A stretch of DNA of 64,000 nt from Octopus bimaculoides (Eukaryota): contig NC_069004.1 of assembly GCF_001194135.2 (NCBI RefSeq), positions 15,656,442 through 15,720,441 on the forward strand, read 5' to 3'. Below are positions 11,865 through 22,530 of this stretch, piece after piece. Position numbers and translations under genes: made by a program. The notes below the pieces were generated by a model. That model was given only the letters and a program-made list of their open reading frames with translations. It did not search any database and was not told the DNA's origin. The first letter of the stretch is position 1; each line of letters begins with the position of its first letter.

Positions 11865-12140
11865 GAATGAAAGGCAAAATTGACCTTGGTAGGAATTGAA
11901 CTCAGGATGTAAAAATTTGGAACAAATACCACAGATTTTGTCAGTTCACCACGTTGATTGTTTCTAAATTGGGTACAAAGCCTTAAATTTGTAGGGGAGG
12001 TTAGTCAGTACCTTCAACCCCAGTACTTGATAGGTACTTTATTTTATTGACCCAGCGGGGATAAAAAGTAAAATCTACTTTGGCAGGATTTGAACTTAGA
12101 ACATAAAGAGTCAGAAGAAATACTGCAAGACACTGTTGTA
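11865..12140 (-). mobile_element. Two degenerate SINE family A fragments
   Basis: gaatgaaaggcaaaattgaccttgg..gaactcagg and accccagtact...ggcaggatttgaacttagaac match the reverse complement of family A. Confidence 0.6.
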
Positions 12141-12154
12141 CACTATGCTGAATG

Positions 12155-12700
12155 CAGACAGGATGATTATGATTGGAATATTTTTGAATGTAGATCTACT
12201 CAACCAGGTGTGACCTTGAGTCAAAAAAAAAAGCAAGGACACATTAGATAATGTAGTCTTAGATACACTATGTCTGAATAAAATATAGAGTAGTCATGGC
12301 TGGAACATCTTTGATCATGGGTTTGCTTGATCAGGACTGACCCTGGGTTAAACAATAATTAAGAAGGACACAATAGATAATGTAGTTCTAGGTACTTTAA
12401 ATGAGAAAAAGAGACAGGATGGTTGTAGCTGGAACATCATTGATGAAGAATGGCCCGGGGCTAAACTACAACAATATAGAGACCCAGGCGCTAATGAGAG
12501 AGAGTTTCTATGTGATCAGTTCATTTACGGCTAGAAATAACTGCTAAATGTTCTTCAACTCACAACCTAACTTATAAAAAAGAAAATGACACATCAGATA
12601 TTGTAGTCCTTGATATTAATGAAAAGACAGGATGCTCATGGCTGGAACACATGTACACCTTCAAGAGTGACCTGGAGCTAAACAACAACAATGATAACAA
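12155..12700 (+). repeat. Degenerate tandem array of a ~125-bp unit (3-4 copies)
   Basis: Unit gacaca.tagata.tgtagt...gacaggatg..catggctggaaca...ggg.taaacaaca at about 12236, 12364 and 12588, plus a partial copy at 12155. Confidence 0.7.
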
Positions 12701-13542
12701 AGTACACACCTGAAAGTTGATGCTGGGCTCATCAAGCAGATGTTCAGAGAGCATGGCGACATAGGTGCCATTATAGCTTTCACCTGTAACAAAAAATTCC
12801 TGACAGCAAGATTGTTCAGACAATTCTAGTAATAACAGAGATAGAAGTCAGGAATTATCTAGGACTAGCAGTATAGCCCAGCTTTGCTCAGGATTAAGTT
12901 GGGATTATTAAGCTAATCAAGTTCTTTATTTCAAACCAAACTAAATAACATGACGTCGAATTTGGGCAGAATCAGTGTTGCAACTGGAGGGCATGGGTTG
13001 GGAGTTTGATCGGCAGAGGTGATCAAGTTACACATGCCAGCTCTTTGAAAACAGGACCGCTATCATCTAACCACTCTTTGCCCATGGGTTAGGAACCCTT
13101 CCAGCAAGGAAAATAGAATGACCNNNNNNNNNNNNNNNNNNNNNNNNNNNNNNNNNNNNNNNNNNNNNNNNNNNNNNNNNNNNNNNNNNNNNNNNNNNNN
13201 NNNNNNNNNNNNNNNNNNNNNNNCTTGTAAATAATATTTACAAGGTCACAAATTTCTAGTATAGAGGTGTAGACAATTCAATCAATCAACTTTTTGTACA
13301 TACATTCATTTTGTTATCGCATTGTATTTATGAGTATATTGATGTGTGCCTGCAAAAATGCAGCAGGTGTTTACCATATTCATCAAGTTTAATGTGATCT
13401 CTAGTGTAATGTAAATCCCACAGTTATACCTAAAAAACAATATTTTATCCTTTTATCTTCTTTTTACACTTGAGTATAATGTTAACACCCAAGTTTAACT
13501 CTGATATTTTGTCTCAAAATATCAAGATCAATTTCTCATTTA

Positions 13543-13682
<140 letters not shown>

Positions 13683-14166
13683 ACTAGATCAATAGTTTGT
13701 ATGTTGTGCTGGCAATTCCTTTTGCCATGCCACTAGCACATATGTGGATATCTAATTATATCCCCTTGATTCTTAATTTTTTGAATTCCTGTGAGAGTAA
13801 TTTCCTTTGACCCTTATCAGTATCACACCAACACAATACCAGTGCTACTGACCTATTGGAAGAATATGTTGTCATCTGTACTACTTGTTTGGTGTGTTTT
13901 CTAATTATAATAGCTGAATGAAGATACATATATGGTAGTGTTTATTGAAATGTATAAATTTAGTCTGTTTTGATTTTTGCACACCTATGTGCTTAAAAGA
14001 TGGTTCAACACTTTATATAAATAATGTGTCTCATTCAAAATTTCTGGGTTGAGGGTTACTCAGAACTTCTCAATAAGCCTTCTAAAGTCAACTTAATTTT
14101 ATCAATTCTTTTGAACAGTGACCCATCCTAGAGGAAATGGTGTCTACACCAATAGAGGACATAAGA

Positions 14167-16089
14167 TTAGCTGACTCTCTCCCTAATTAGCTGGGCTATG
14201 ACCCTCTCAGTGACTTTCATTACCTGGTCCAACAGCTTGATACCTCTGTAATTGTTTGTGCCTAAAGCGTCACCTTTACGTTTATAGCAGTTGACTATGG
14301 TGCTGCTACACCAGTCATTGGGTATGACTCCTTCGTGTATCACTTGGTTAACTATATGGGTGACTAGGCTATAGCCGACACTGTCAGATATTTTGAGCAT
14401 CTCTGCAGTGATTCCTTATTTCTTTATTGCCCACAAGGGGCTAAACATAGGGGGGACAAACAAAGACAAACAAGGAGATTAAGTCGATTACATCGACCCC
14501 AGTGCGTAACTGGTACTTAATTTATCGACCCCGAAAGGATGAAAGGCAAAGTCGACCACGGCGGAATTTGAACTCAGAATGTAACAGCAGACGAAATACC
14601 GCTAAGCATTTCGCCCGGCGTGCTAATGATTCTGCCAGCTCACTGCCTCTGCAGTGATTCCTGATGAGCCAGGGGCTTTCCCTGTCTTCATACTCTTGAT
14701 TGCTTTAGGTACTGTCAATTAGGATAGCTGGTCCCTCTGTTGGGTCGACATGCGGCAGACTCTCTTCCTCCCATTCATTCTCTTTATTGAGCAACCTTTC
14801 ATAGTGGCATCTCCAAACCTCTCTCTTTGCAGCCTCGTTTAATGGAAGTGAACCATCATCCATGCAGACACATTTCTCTCCCACGACATCATGATTCTTT
14901 CTCACACACTGTCTTGCAACATGAAATACCTCCAGTCTTTGGTACTAATGGTGCAGAACATTGGCAATTTTTTTCTTATCTGCTTCTCCTCTAGCTAAAT
15001 AAACCTGTCTCCTAGCATCCCTTCTGGCAGTCTAATACAATTCCCTGCTACCTCCATTCTTCCAGTCATCCCAAGCCTGTTTCTTTTGTCTAATAGCCCT
15101 GTCAACCACAGTGTTCCACCACCACATTACTTTGGGTCGAGAGGGGACTTTGCACCATCCACAGATCTGGTCAGTGGCTCTCAGCAGGTTGTCCCGTAGA
15201 AACCTCCAATTGTCTCCCACATTGTGTGATGCTATATCCCCTTCTATTTCGTCAAATGCTTTGAGTAAGACATCTCTAAATCTCTGCCCATTTGCAGGAT
15301 CTTTAAACTTCCAGACCCTTCTCCTCCAGGCTGGTCTACTTCTCGGCATCCATTTAGCCTTGATCCCGAAGTCGCTAACTACTAATCTGCATTGAGGTGT
15401 ACATTCTTCGCCTGGGAAGGTTTTGGCATTTATAAGCAGTCCTCTTTCCCTTTTTCTGGTGAGGATGTAGTCAATTTGCCAGAATGGTAGGTGACTAGGT
15501 TACTGGCAGGTTTCCTGAAGTTGGTATTGCAAACCATAAGATCATTTGCATCACAGAACTCCAGCAGTCTGGTTCCCTCCTCATTGCAGGAACCAAAGCC
15601 ATAGCCTCCATGTATGCCATGGAAGCCTCCTGCATGTTGTCCAACATGTCTGTTGAAATTACCAGCCACAAAGAAAAGGTCCCTGTCATCCGTCAATGAG
15701 GTAATCTGCAAAAGGGTGTCATAAAATTGGTCTTTCTGCCCATCCGGTAGCCCTGGTTGAGGGGCATAGCTAACCTATGGTAAAGCACTAATCTAATTTT
15801 AAGTACTCTGTCACATACTCTACCACGATTACCTTATCAACCCATTTCTCCAAAAGAAATATTCCCACGCCCCCGACGCCGTCCGTGTTCCCTGCCCAGA
15901 AGATCTTGTACCTGTGTTCTTTGCCTGTGAGGAACCTAGCGGAACCTCCTCTCCACCTTACTTCTTTGATGCAGCACAAATCTATACGTCTCCATTCAAG
16001 CATCTCAACAATCTCACCAGACCTACTTTTCAGTATGCCAACGTTGAGAGTGCCAATTCTGAGAGAGTGGGAGGTGTGGGCATTACAGA
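14167..16089 (-). mobile_element. RTE-clade LINE 5' half (APE domain to RT start), interrupted by a SINE
   Basis: EMLEWRRIDLCCIKEVRWRG, VAGNFNRHVG, CNTNFRK and NNYRGIKLLDQVMKVTERVIAQLIRERV; frameshifted and 3'-truncated. Confidence 0.92.
14417..14646 (-). mobile_element. Full-length tRNA-derived SINE (family A) with 16-bp TSD
   Basis: TSD ctctgcagtgattcct at 14401-14416 and 14647-14662; A-box-like tggcagaatcattag; B-box-like gagttcaaattcc; A-rich tail. Confidence 0.93.
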
Positions 16090-17133
16090 ATAATAGAATT
16101 AAAATGTCTTTGATTAAACCCTTTCTAACATGGAATTATCCAAAGAGCATTTGAGGCACATAATGCTTTATGAGTACAAAAAAGGAAACTCTGCAGCCAA
16201 AGCAACTCGAAACATACACTCAGTTTATGGGAAAGAATGTTTTAATGAAAGAACTTGCAGAAGATGGTTTGCAAAATTCAGAAGCAGAGATTTCAGCCTT
16301 GAAAATGAAGATCGAACTGGACGTCCAATTGAGTTTGATGATAAGCTCCTTGAGGTATTACTTGAAGAAAATCCTGTGTTATCAGTTGAAGAATTGGCAA
16401 TAAAGCTTAGTTGAAACCATACAACTGTTTATTGTCATCTTCAACAACTTGGAAAGGTTCCTAAACTTGGAAAATGGGTGCCTCATGAATTGTCCAAAAG
16501 CAACTGCAAATCCCGAGTTGACTTCTNNNNNNNNNNNNNNNNNNNNNNNNNNNNNNNNNNNNNNNNNNNNNNNNNNNNNNNNNNNNNNNNNNNNNNNNNN
16601 NNNNNNNNNNNNNNNNNNNNNNNNNNNNNNNNNNNNNNNNNNNNNNNNNNNNNNNNNNNNNNNNNNNNNNNNNNNNNNNNNNNNNNNNNNNNNNNNNNNN
16701 NNNNNNNNNNNNNNNNNNNNNNNNNNNNNNNNNNNNNNNNNNNNNNNNNNNNNNNNNNNNNNNNNNNNNNNNNNNNNNNNNNNNNNNNNNNNNNNNNNNN
16801 NNNNNNNNNNNNNNNNNNNNNNNNNNNNNNNNNNNNNNNNNNNNNNNNNNNNNNNNNNNNNNNNNNNNNNNNNNNNNNNGTAGTTTACAGAATCATTTGG
16901 GGGTCATAACTTTCGCAAACCAGGAGGAGGTCAAAACTGACATTTCAGAGTTCTTCGCTTTGAAACCAAAAGAGTTTTACATAGATGGAATTAGAAAGCT
17001 TGTAAATAGATGGAAGGAAGTCATAGATAATCAGGGAAAGTACATTGATGATTAAATTTCTATTAAATATAACATTTGATCATTTGTTTTCTTTATTCAA
17101 AATTCAGACAGAACTTATGGGATGATCTGATAA
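16090..17133 (+). mobile_element. Mariner (DD34D-type) transposon; transposase has one visible stop and its catalytic core lies in an N-gap
   Basis: MELSKEHLRHIMLYEYKKG...RTGRP HTH, WVPHEL at about 16476 and C-terminal FY..GIRKLVNRWKEVIDNQGKYIDD* (stop 17053-55). Probable right TIR at 17101-17133; left TIR not found. Confidence 0.92.
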
Positions 17134-17279
17134 TTACTCTCATAACTCCTAGTTTTGTTTATTTGTCTTTTTTTACTGATATAAATAACAATAAATATAT
17201 ACACATTCTCACATGGACATCTGAAAGAAAGTTGCAGTCAGCACATTGGGTAAGAGTTACATAGGCTTATAGAACAAAC

Positions 17280-17720
17280 ATATCTCATTAGGCATCTAGA
17301 GAAGAGTAAAGGGGATATGACACAAATTCAAGATGGTTTTGAGATGTTAGGCCTTTGCTAGTCAACTCAAGACAGGTGGTATTGTTGGTCTGAAAGTGAC
17401 AACAGTTCTTTCCTTTATTCTTAGACCCACATGTTCAGACTGGATGTTGCTATATCTGGAAGCTACAGTATGGTATATTAGTGATATAGTTCATTGCATT
17501 TGATGCCACACATAGCTATGTGAGGTACAGTAGTGAGTTAGTTGCTTGGTGGACAAGTTCTGATTGTTGAAGAGTCTCCAAATAGAATGAGACATGGAGG
17601 TGGAAGTTTCTTGTCTCTGCATCCGAAGGAGTGCATATGCTGTGTATACCTTCCATCAGAATGACTTCCTCAACATTGAATGGAGTATCATCGACAGCCT
17701 CCCCCACTCTGCTTTACTTA
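17280..17720 (-). mobile_element. Very decayed RTE-like fragment
   Basis: Weak similarity to the RTE thumb region (RLFNNQNLSTK...). Confidence 0.35.
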
Positions 17721-18329
17721 CCGGGAATTTACAACAGCCAACTCTTCCTCCACAAGCGATTACATTTACTTCACCAACAGAATGAATAAGCTATCTTATT
17801 GTTGCCACCAGAAGTCCACTCTGTTGATAAACTTCTAGCCACTGACAGCCAACAATCCTAACATACCACCTTAGGCCTGGTTGCTCCATACACAAGGGAA
17901 GGGTACTTAACACCTTCCACTCATATAGACTACAGCTCCCATCTATGTTGATTATCCAGCCTCAGTTCTTTAACCTAGTACCACCAAATCTGATTACTTT
18001 CATGGAAAGGTTATTGCTACAAATGTGTTATTTCTCGATGGATCATCCACCAAGCAACTAACCCATAACAATACCTCACCCTACGATGTGTGGCATACCA
18101 TACTACAGCTTTTGGATATAGCAATGACAACTACCTGCCAACATCTTGTCTGAGCATGTGGGCCCAAGAATAAACAAAAGAACTGTTGTAGCTTTCAGAC
18201 CAGTAACACCACACAACTTGAGTTGACTAATAAAGGCCTAACATCTCAAAACCATCTTGAATTTGTCTCAAATCCCTTTACTTTCCTCTTGATGCCTGAC
18301 AAAATATGTTTATTCTATAAGGCTAGAAA

Positions 18330-19150
18330 ACTTTAAGTTGCATAAAGTAGAATCAGATGGTTGCCCCAACTGTACATGCTGATGGGAAAGCATTAAAAAC
18401 TGTTTCCTCCTTCAGTTATCTTGATTCCATTATGTCCACTGATGCTAAGACAGATAAAGAAATCGACTCCAGAATCAGGAAGGCTAGTTCCATTTTTGCT
18501 TAACTTTATCACAGGCTTTGGAACAGCCATGATGTATCATTGATGGTGAAAGTCAATGTATATAAGTCAGTGGTTTTGACATCATTACTTTATCATGCTA
18601 ATTCTTAGACCTTGTACTGAAAGCACATCAATCAGCTTGACACTTTTCATATGCGATGCTTGTGTACTATCTCCAACATAAAACCAAGTGACTATATTTG
18701 TAACAGTGAGGTGCTAACAAAATGCAATGTATTAGATATTGAAGCCATCTTCATCAAAATACAACTTAGATGGTCAGATCATCTCTCACATAAGAGTGAT
18801 ATTAGAATTCTGAAGCAATTCATTGGCCTATTCCCAACAGAAAGGTCAGTTGGAAGGCCACTCTTACCTTTCAAGACAAACTAAAAGACAATCTGAAGCG
18901 ATGCAACATTCCCTTTTCTTCCTGGGAAAACAAAGCATCAGAACACAGGACCTGGCAGCAGTCTTGCTTCTTGTCAGTTCAAAGATTTGAGCAAAGTTGA
19001 CTCCAACATCAGGACCAACTTCATGCAAGCATGAAGGTATGCTGGCCAAACGCTACTTCTCTAAATGGAAACCTTACTTGTTATTGTGGTTTTGTGGCAT
19101 GAAGCAAAGCAGGCTTTGGCGTTCACTCAAGAAAACACATAGTAAATGAC
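18330..19150 (+). mobile_element. RTE (BovB-like subgroup) 3' fragment, a different family from the main RTE
   Basis: FSYL.S..S.DA..DKEIDSRIRKASS.F..L..RLW...VKVNVYKSVVL..LLY...FHMRCL..I..I...N.EVL...QLRW..H; GRP...FKD.LK.NLK.C.I. Confidence 0.85.
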
Positions 19151-19467
19151 CTACAAGCATTCAAGCAAACTGAGACCCCAACTTATCCCTTTTGCCAAAA
19201 GGTTTGCAAGGCACCAGCAGGCCTCAGGAGGCACATTTGTGCCCATAGAACATGATTACTGCTTTATTTTACCAAACCCNNNNNNNNNNNNNNNNNNNNN
19301 NNNNNNNNNNNNNNNNNNNNNNNNNNNNNNNNNNNNNNNNNNNNNNNNNNNNNNNNNNNNNNNNNNNNNNNNNNNNNNNNNNNNNNNNNNNNNNNNNNNN
19401 NNNNNNNNNNNNNNNNNNNNNNNNNNNNNNNNNNNNNNNNNNNNNNNNNNNNNNNNNNNNNNNNNNN

Positions 19468-19509
<42 letters not shown>

Positions 19510-19513
<4 letters not shown>

Positions 19514-19900
19514 CAACATTTAACATTGTCTTCCATGTCAGCGTAGGTTGGACAATTAGACAGGATCCAACAAGCCAGAGGATTGTATTAAGCTTCAATG
19601 TTGGCTTTGATATAGTTTCTACAGGTGGATGTTCTTCCTAAATTCAATAACTTTGCAGAGTGTACTGGGTGCATTTTTGTGATATCAGTATTTCTGAGTT
19701 CACCAAGTAACTTGCATAACATTGAAGAAGACCCCTTGACTGAGTGGGGTTGTAGTACAGGGGGAGCTGGCTTTATGCTAAGTGTTAAGGAGCTAAAGTA
19801 TAATAGAGGGACAGGCATAGGGGTCTTCCTATTGAGGAGATGCATGGTTGCCCTGCATTATGTAGGGGTGAATGTGAAGAGCTGGAAAGATATTGGTGGC
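19510..19900 (-). mobile_element. Possible Penelope-like RT N-terminal fragment (very decayed)
   Basis: PLLY.S.L.L.IKPAPPVLQP..VKGS...LCKLL resembles the Y.LPK.HKP..P.RP..S..GS motif. Confidence 0.35.
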
Positions 19901-20389
19901 AAGATATCTGAGCATACTCTCAAGGTAAAAGAGAAGTATAAAACTGGGGATGGAGAAGTGTGGATGGATAAGTTCATAAGAGTGTGAAAGGTGGTTAGAA
20001 ATGGGGGGAGAGGTTAATGTAGTGAATAATGTGCTAGAGTAGAGGTGTGGTTGATGGTAAATATCAGTATGGGGGAAAAAGTAAAAAAAAAAAAAGCTCA
20101 GGAAGGGTGGAGAGTATCAGTATGATAAATCAATAGATAGATCAGAACTTAGGGAAAGCTTGTAGGAAGATCTGAAAATAGGAAGATGATATATGAGTTG
20201 AGAGAGTGGAGATGGAGATCAGAGGTGCATAGTTGTGACTATTGTGTGTGGGGACAAAAGTTGTGGGGTAGATATGAGAGAGTGTTAAATATAAAGTGGA
20301 AAGGAATGATAGTGAGAATGAGGGATGGATGATAAAGGAAGTGGTTCCAGGGAGAGAGGGAGATGGTTAGAGGCATAAAGAGGCGCAGG

Positions 20390-20740
20390 CACATCTGTTG
20401 CTAAGTGAATTTCTTGATTTCAGATTCAATCCCATTGTGTGGCATTTTGTGCAAGTGTCTTCTAATATAGTCTTCAGTTGACCAATACTTTTTTGAGTGA
20501 AATACGTTGACATTGTGCATGTGTGTATGTATGTGCCTGTATGTGTTTGTCTCTACATGTCATTACATTGACATGACTATATTCATGGGGATGTTTATGT
20601 CTTGAATAAACAGAAAGATTGACAGTCCAGTGTGCAGTGTCATAATATAATCTACCTTATTTAGAAACAAGTTAGCAACAGGAATGACATCCAGCTGTAG
20701 AATACCATCTTAAAAAATTTTGTCTAACCCATACTAGTGG
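20390..20740 (+). mobile_element. Degenerate CORE-type SINE with RTE-like 3' segment
   Basis: gcaagtgtcttcta.tatag at about 20452 matches 63900. caggaatgacatccagctgtagaa at 20679 matches the RTE 3'UTR motif aggaagggcatccagctgtagaa. Confidence 0.55.
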
Positions 20741-21154
20741 ATATAAAAATGATTAAGAAATATATATTATGTCCGGCACGATCTTTTTTCCCCACCTACA
20801 ACATTGACATTAACTTCATTTTATTTCATATTTGAAAATGTATTGTAGGTGGAAAACTTCTAACCATCCAAATTTGCCAGCTTAGCTATTCCACTTCTCA
20901 ACTCCTTAGGGAAAACATGAGCATCATAACACCATTTGTCTCACCTACCTAAACCAATAAATCACCCATGAGGGTACATTTCTTATTCAACCAATTGACC
21001 TATCATATTTTCATTATCTGTTATGTTTATAAATTAATTTTGATTTCACATTGTTTTACCTTTCTATATTTTTCTGTATTTATTAAAGGTCCCTGCACCA
21101 GAATGTCAGTTAAATAATTGGCCTCCAACCCACCAAAGTGTGAAGTTAATTAGA

Positions 21155-21460
21155 ATGAGTTGTATTGACTACTCTCAGACAGCTGAGAACCACCAGTGTC
21201 TTCTGATACTAGTCAAACATGTTGGTACACAACTCCACAATAAAACATTCCTGTATCTCTGGGAACGTGTACGGAGGGTTTCCACCGTTCACATTCCAAA
21301 CCATCAACGCACCATTTGGTTGCGTTATAAGCGGGTTTATCCTGTGGACAACAACGAATGGGGAGACTTCCAAGCACATCGCAAAGTTCTGGGCATTATC
21401 TGTGTTGGAAAATGTCGTAACATGAAAGAATTTGAAGAAATTTTTGAGAATTACAAAAAG
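21155..21460 (+). CDS. TRAPPC9: TRAPPC9 coding exon 1 (MSCIDYSQTAENHQ...NNEWGDFQAHRKVLG...ENYKK)
   Basis: Translation matches the TRAPPC9 N-terminus as I recall it (human MSVPDYMQCAEDHQ...ENNEWGDFQTHRKVVG). ATG at 21155; donor AAG|GTAAAA at 21460/61, phase 0; likely acceptor TTAAAG|G at 21088/89. Confidence 0.95.
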
Positions 21461-21685
21461 GTAAAACACCAACAATTATTTTTGCTCTATCTTAGTGTTT
21501 TTAACTCAATTTTCAAGGAAGAAAATATTGACTAATGTAGTCCAACACTACATAAAAGAGAGGATAGTTACAGCTGCAATGTCTTTAATCATAAGTCTGC
21601 TGGATCAGCAGCAACAGCTTAAAATCTTTGAATCAAGCAGATTAAGCAATGTTATGAACCTTAACCAGGAGCAAACAAAATACCT

Positions 21686-21722
<37 letters not shown>

Positions 21723-21941
21723 AAGAAGAAGATGTGGTCAATAGTCTAGCACTTTGATCTCACAGCCTTCATAATTATAATTAGTGCGATAATGTTTATA
21801 TTTAGCTAGCCATTCCATCTCTATCTCAATATCTTTTTTTTTTTAAATCATACTAATTAAAAACTTTGTTCAATTAAAATTTTTTACTTACATATATGTG
21901 TATAATTTTTCTTGTTTTATAATTTAAAAATCAACTTTCAG

Positions 21942-22483
21942 ATAAAAGAGGACTATGCAAGTACAATATTTAACTCCCGTCTTATTGTGTTTGGTATGAA
22001 TCGAGATGGCACACCAATGGAGGAAATCCATAGTGAAGAAGACCAAAATCAGAAGAAGACCAAATCAGAAGAAGACCAAAATCAGAGATCCCAAACCTCT
22101 TGTGATCTGTCTGACACAGATACATCATCCAAGTCAAATGCCAGTTCTCCGGACTGTGACAAGTCTCTTTTAGACAATTCACCATCTTCAACAATTGATA
22201 GTGATATCAGCCTCCCAGAAAGAGATTCAGGCAACAACAATCCGGAGCTACCAACTTTCTCTAGAACTGTTTCCAAAGAGAACACTGGCGCTGAGGTGGT
22301 ATTCTACCCAGATACTGAGGGAACAATAGACTTAGAGGAACGACTTCGAGAGTTGATAATTTCCCTGTTCTTTGTGCTGGAGGGCAAGCGGCTGGATCGT
22401 TCCTTCGAAAGAACAGAGAAACTACAGATGTTGTGTGCACCATTTGAGAAACGAGATCTTCAAGGAATTGATACAGACAGCAA
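21942..22483 (+). CDS. TRAPPC9: TRAPPC9 coding exon 2 (IKEDYASTIFNSRLIVFG...LFFVLEGKRLDR...LCAPFEKRDLQGIDTDS)
   Basis: Acceptor TTTCAG|ATA; donor CAA|GTAAGT, phase 2. Both ends match TRAPPC9 (YDSRLFVFG; LFIVLESKRLDR; LCVPFEKKDFVGLDTDS); the middle carries an S/D-rich insertion. Confidence 0.95.
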
Positions 22484-22530
22484 GTAAGTTCTTTATGCAC
22501 ATACTCTTTACTGTTTCCTGTCTGTCTTGA

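Noticed and set aside
16412-16414. Mariner TGA rescued by A-to-I editing (UGA to UGG)
   Set aside because: The position is not a conserved Trp, the left TIR is missing and there is no evidence of expression; ordinary decay is simpler.
20792-20852. 10-bp inverted repeat ccacctacaa/ttgtaggtgg upstream of coding exon 1
   Set aside because: Short stem with a 41-nt loop; compatible with chance or an old MITE.
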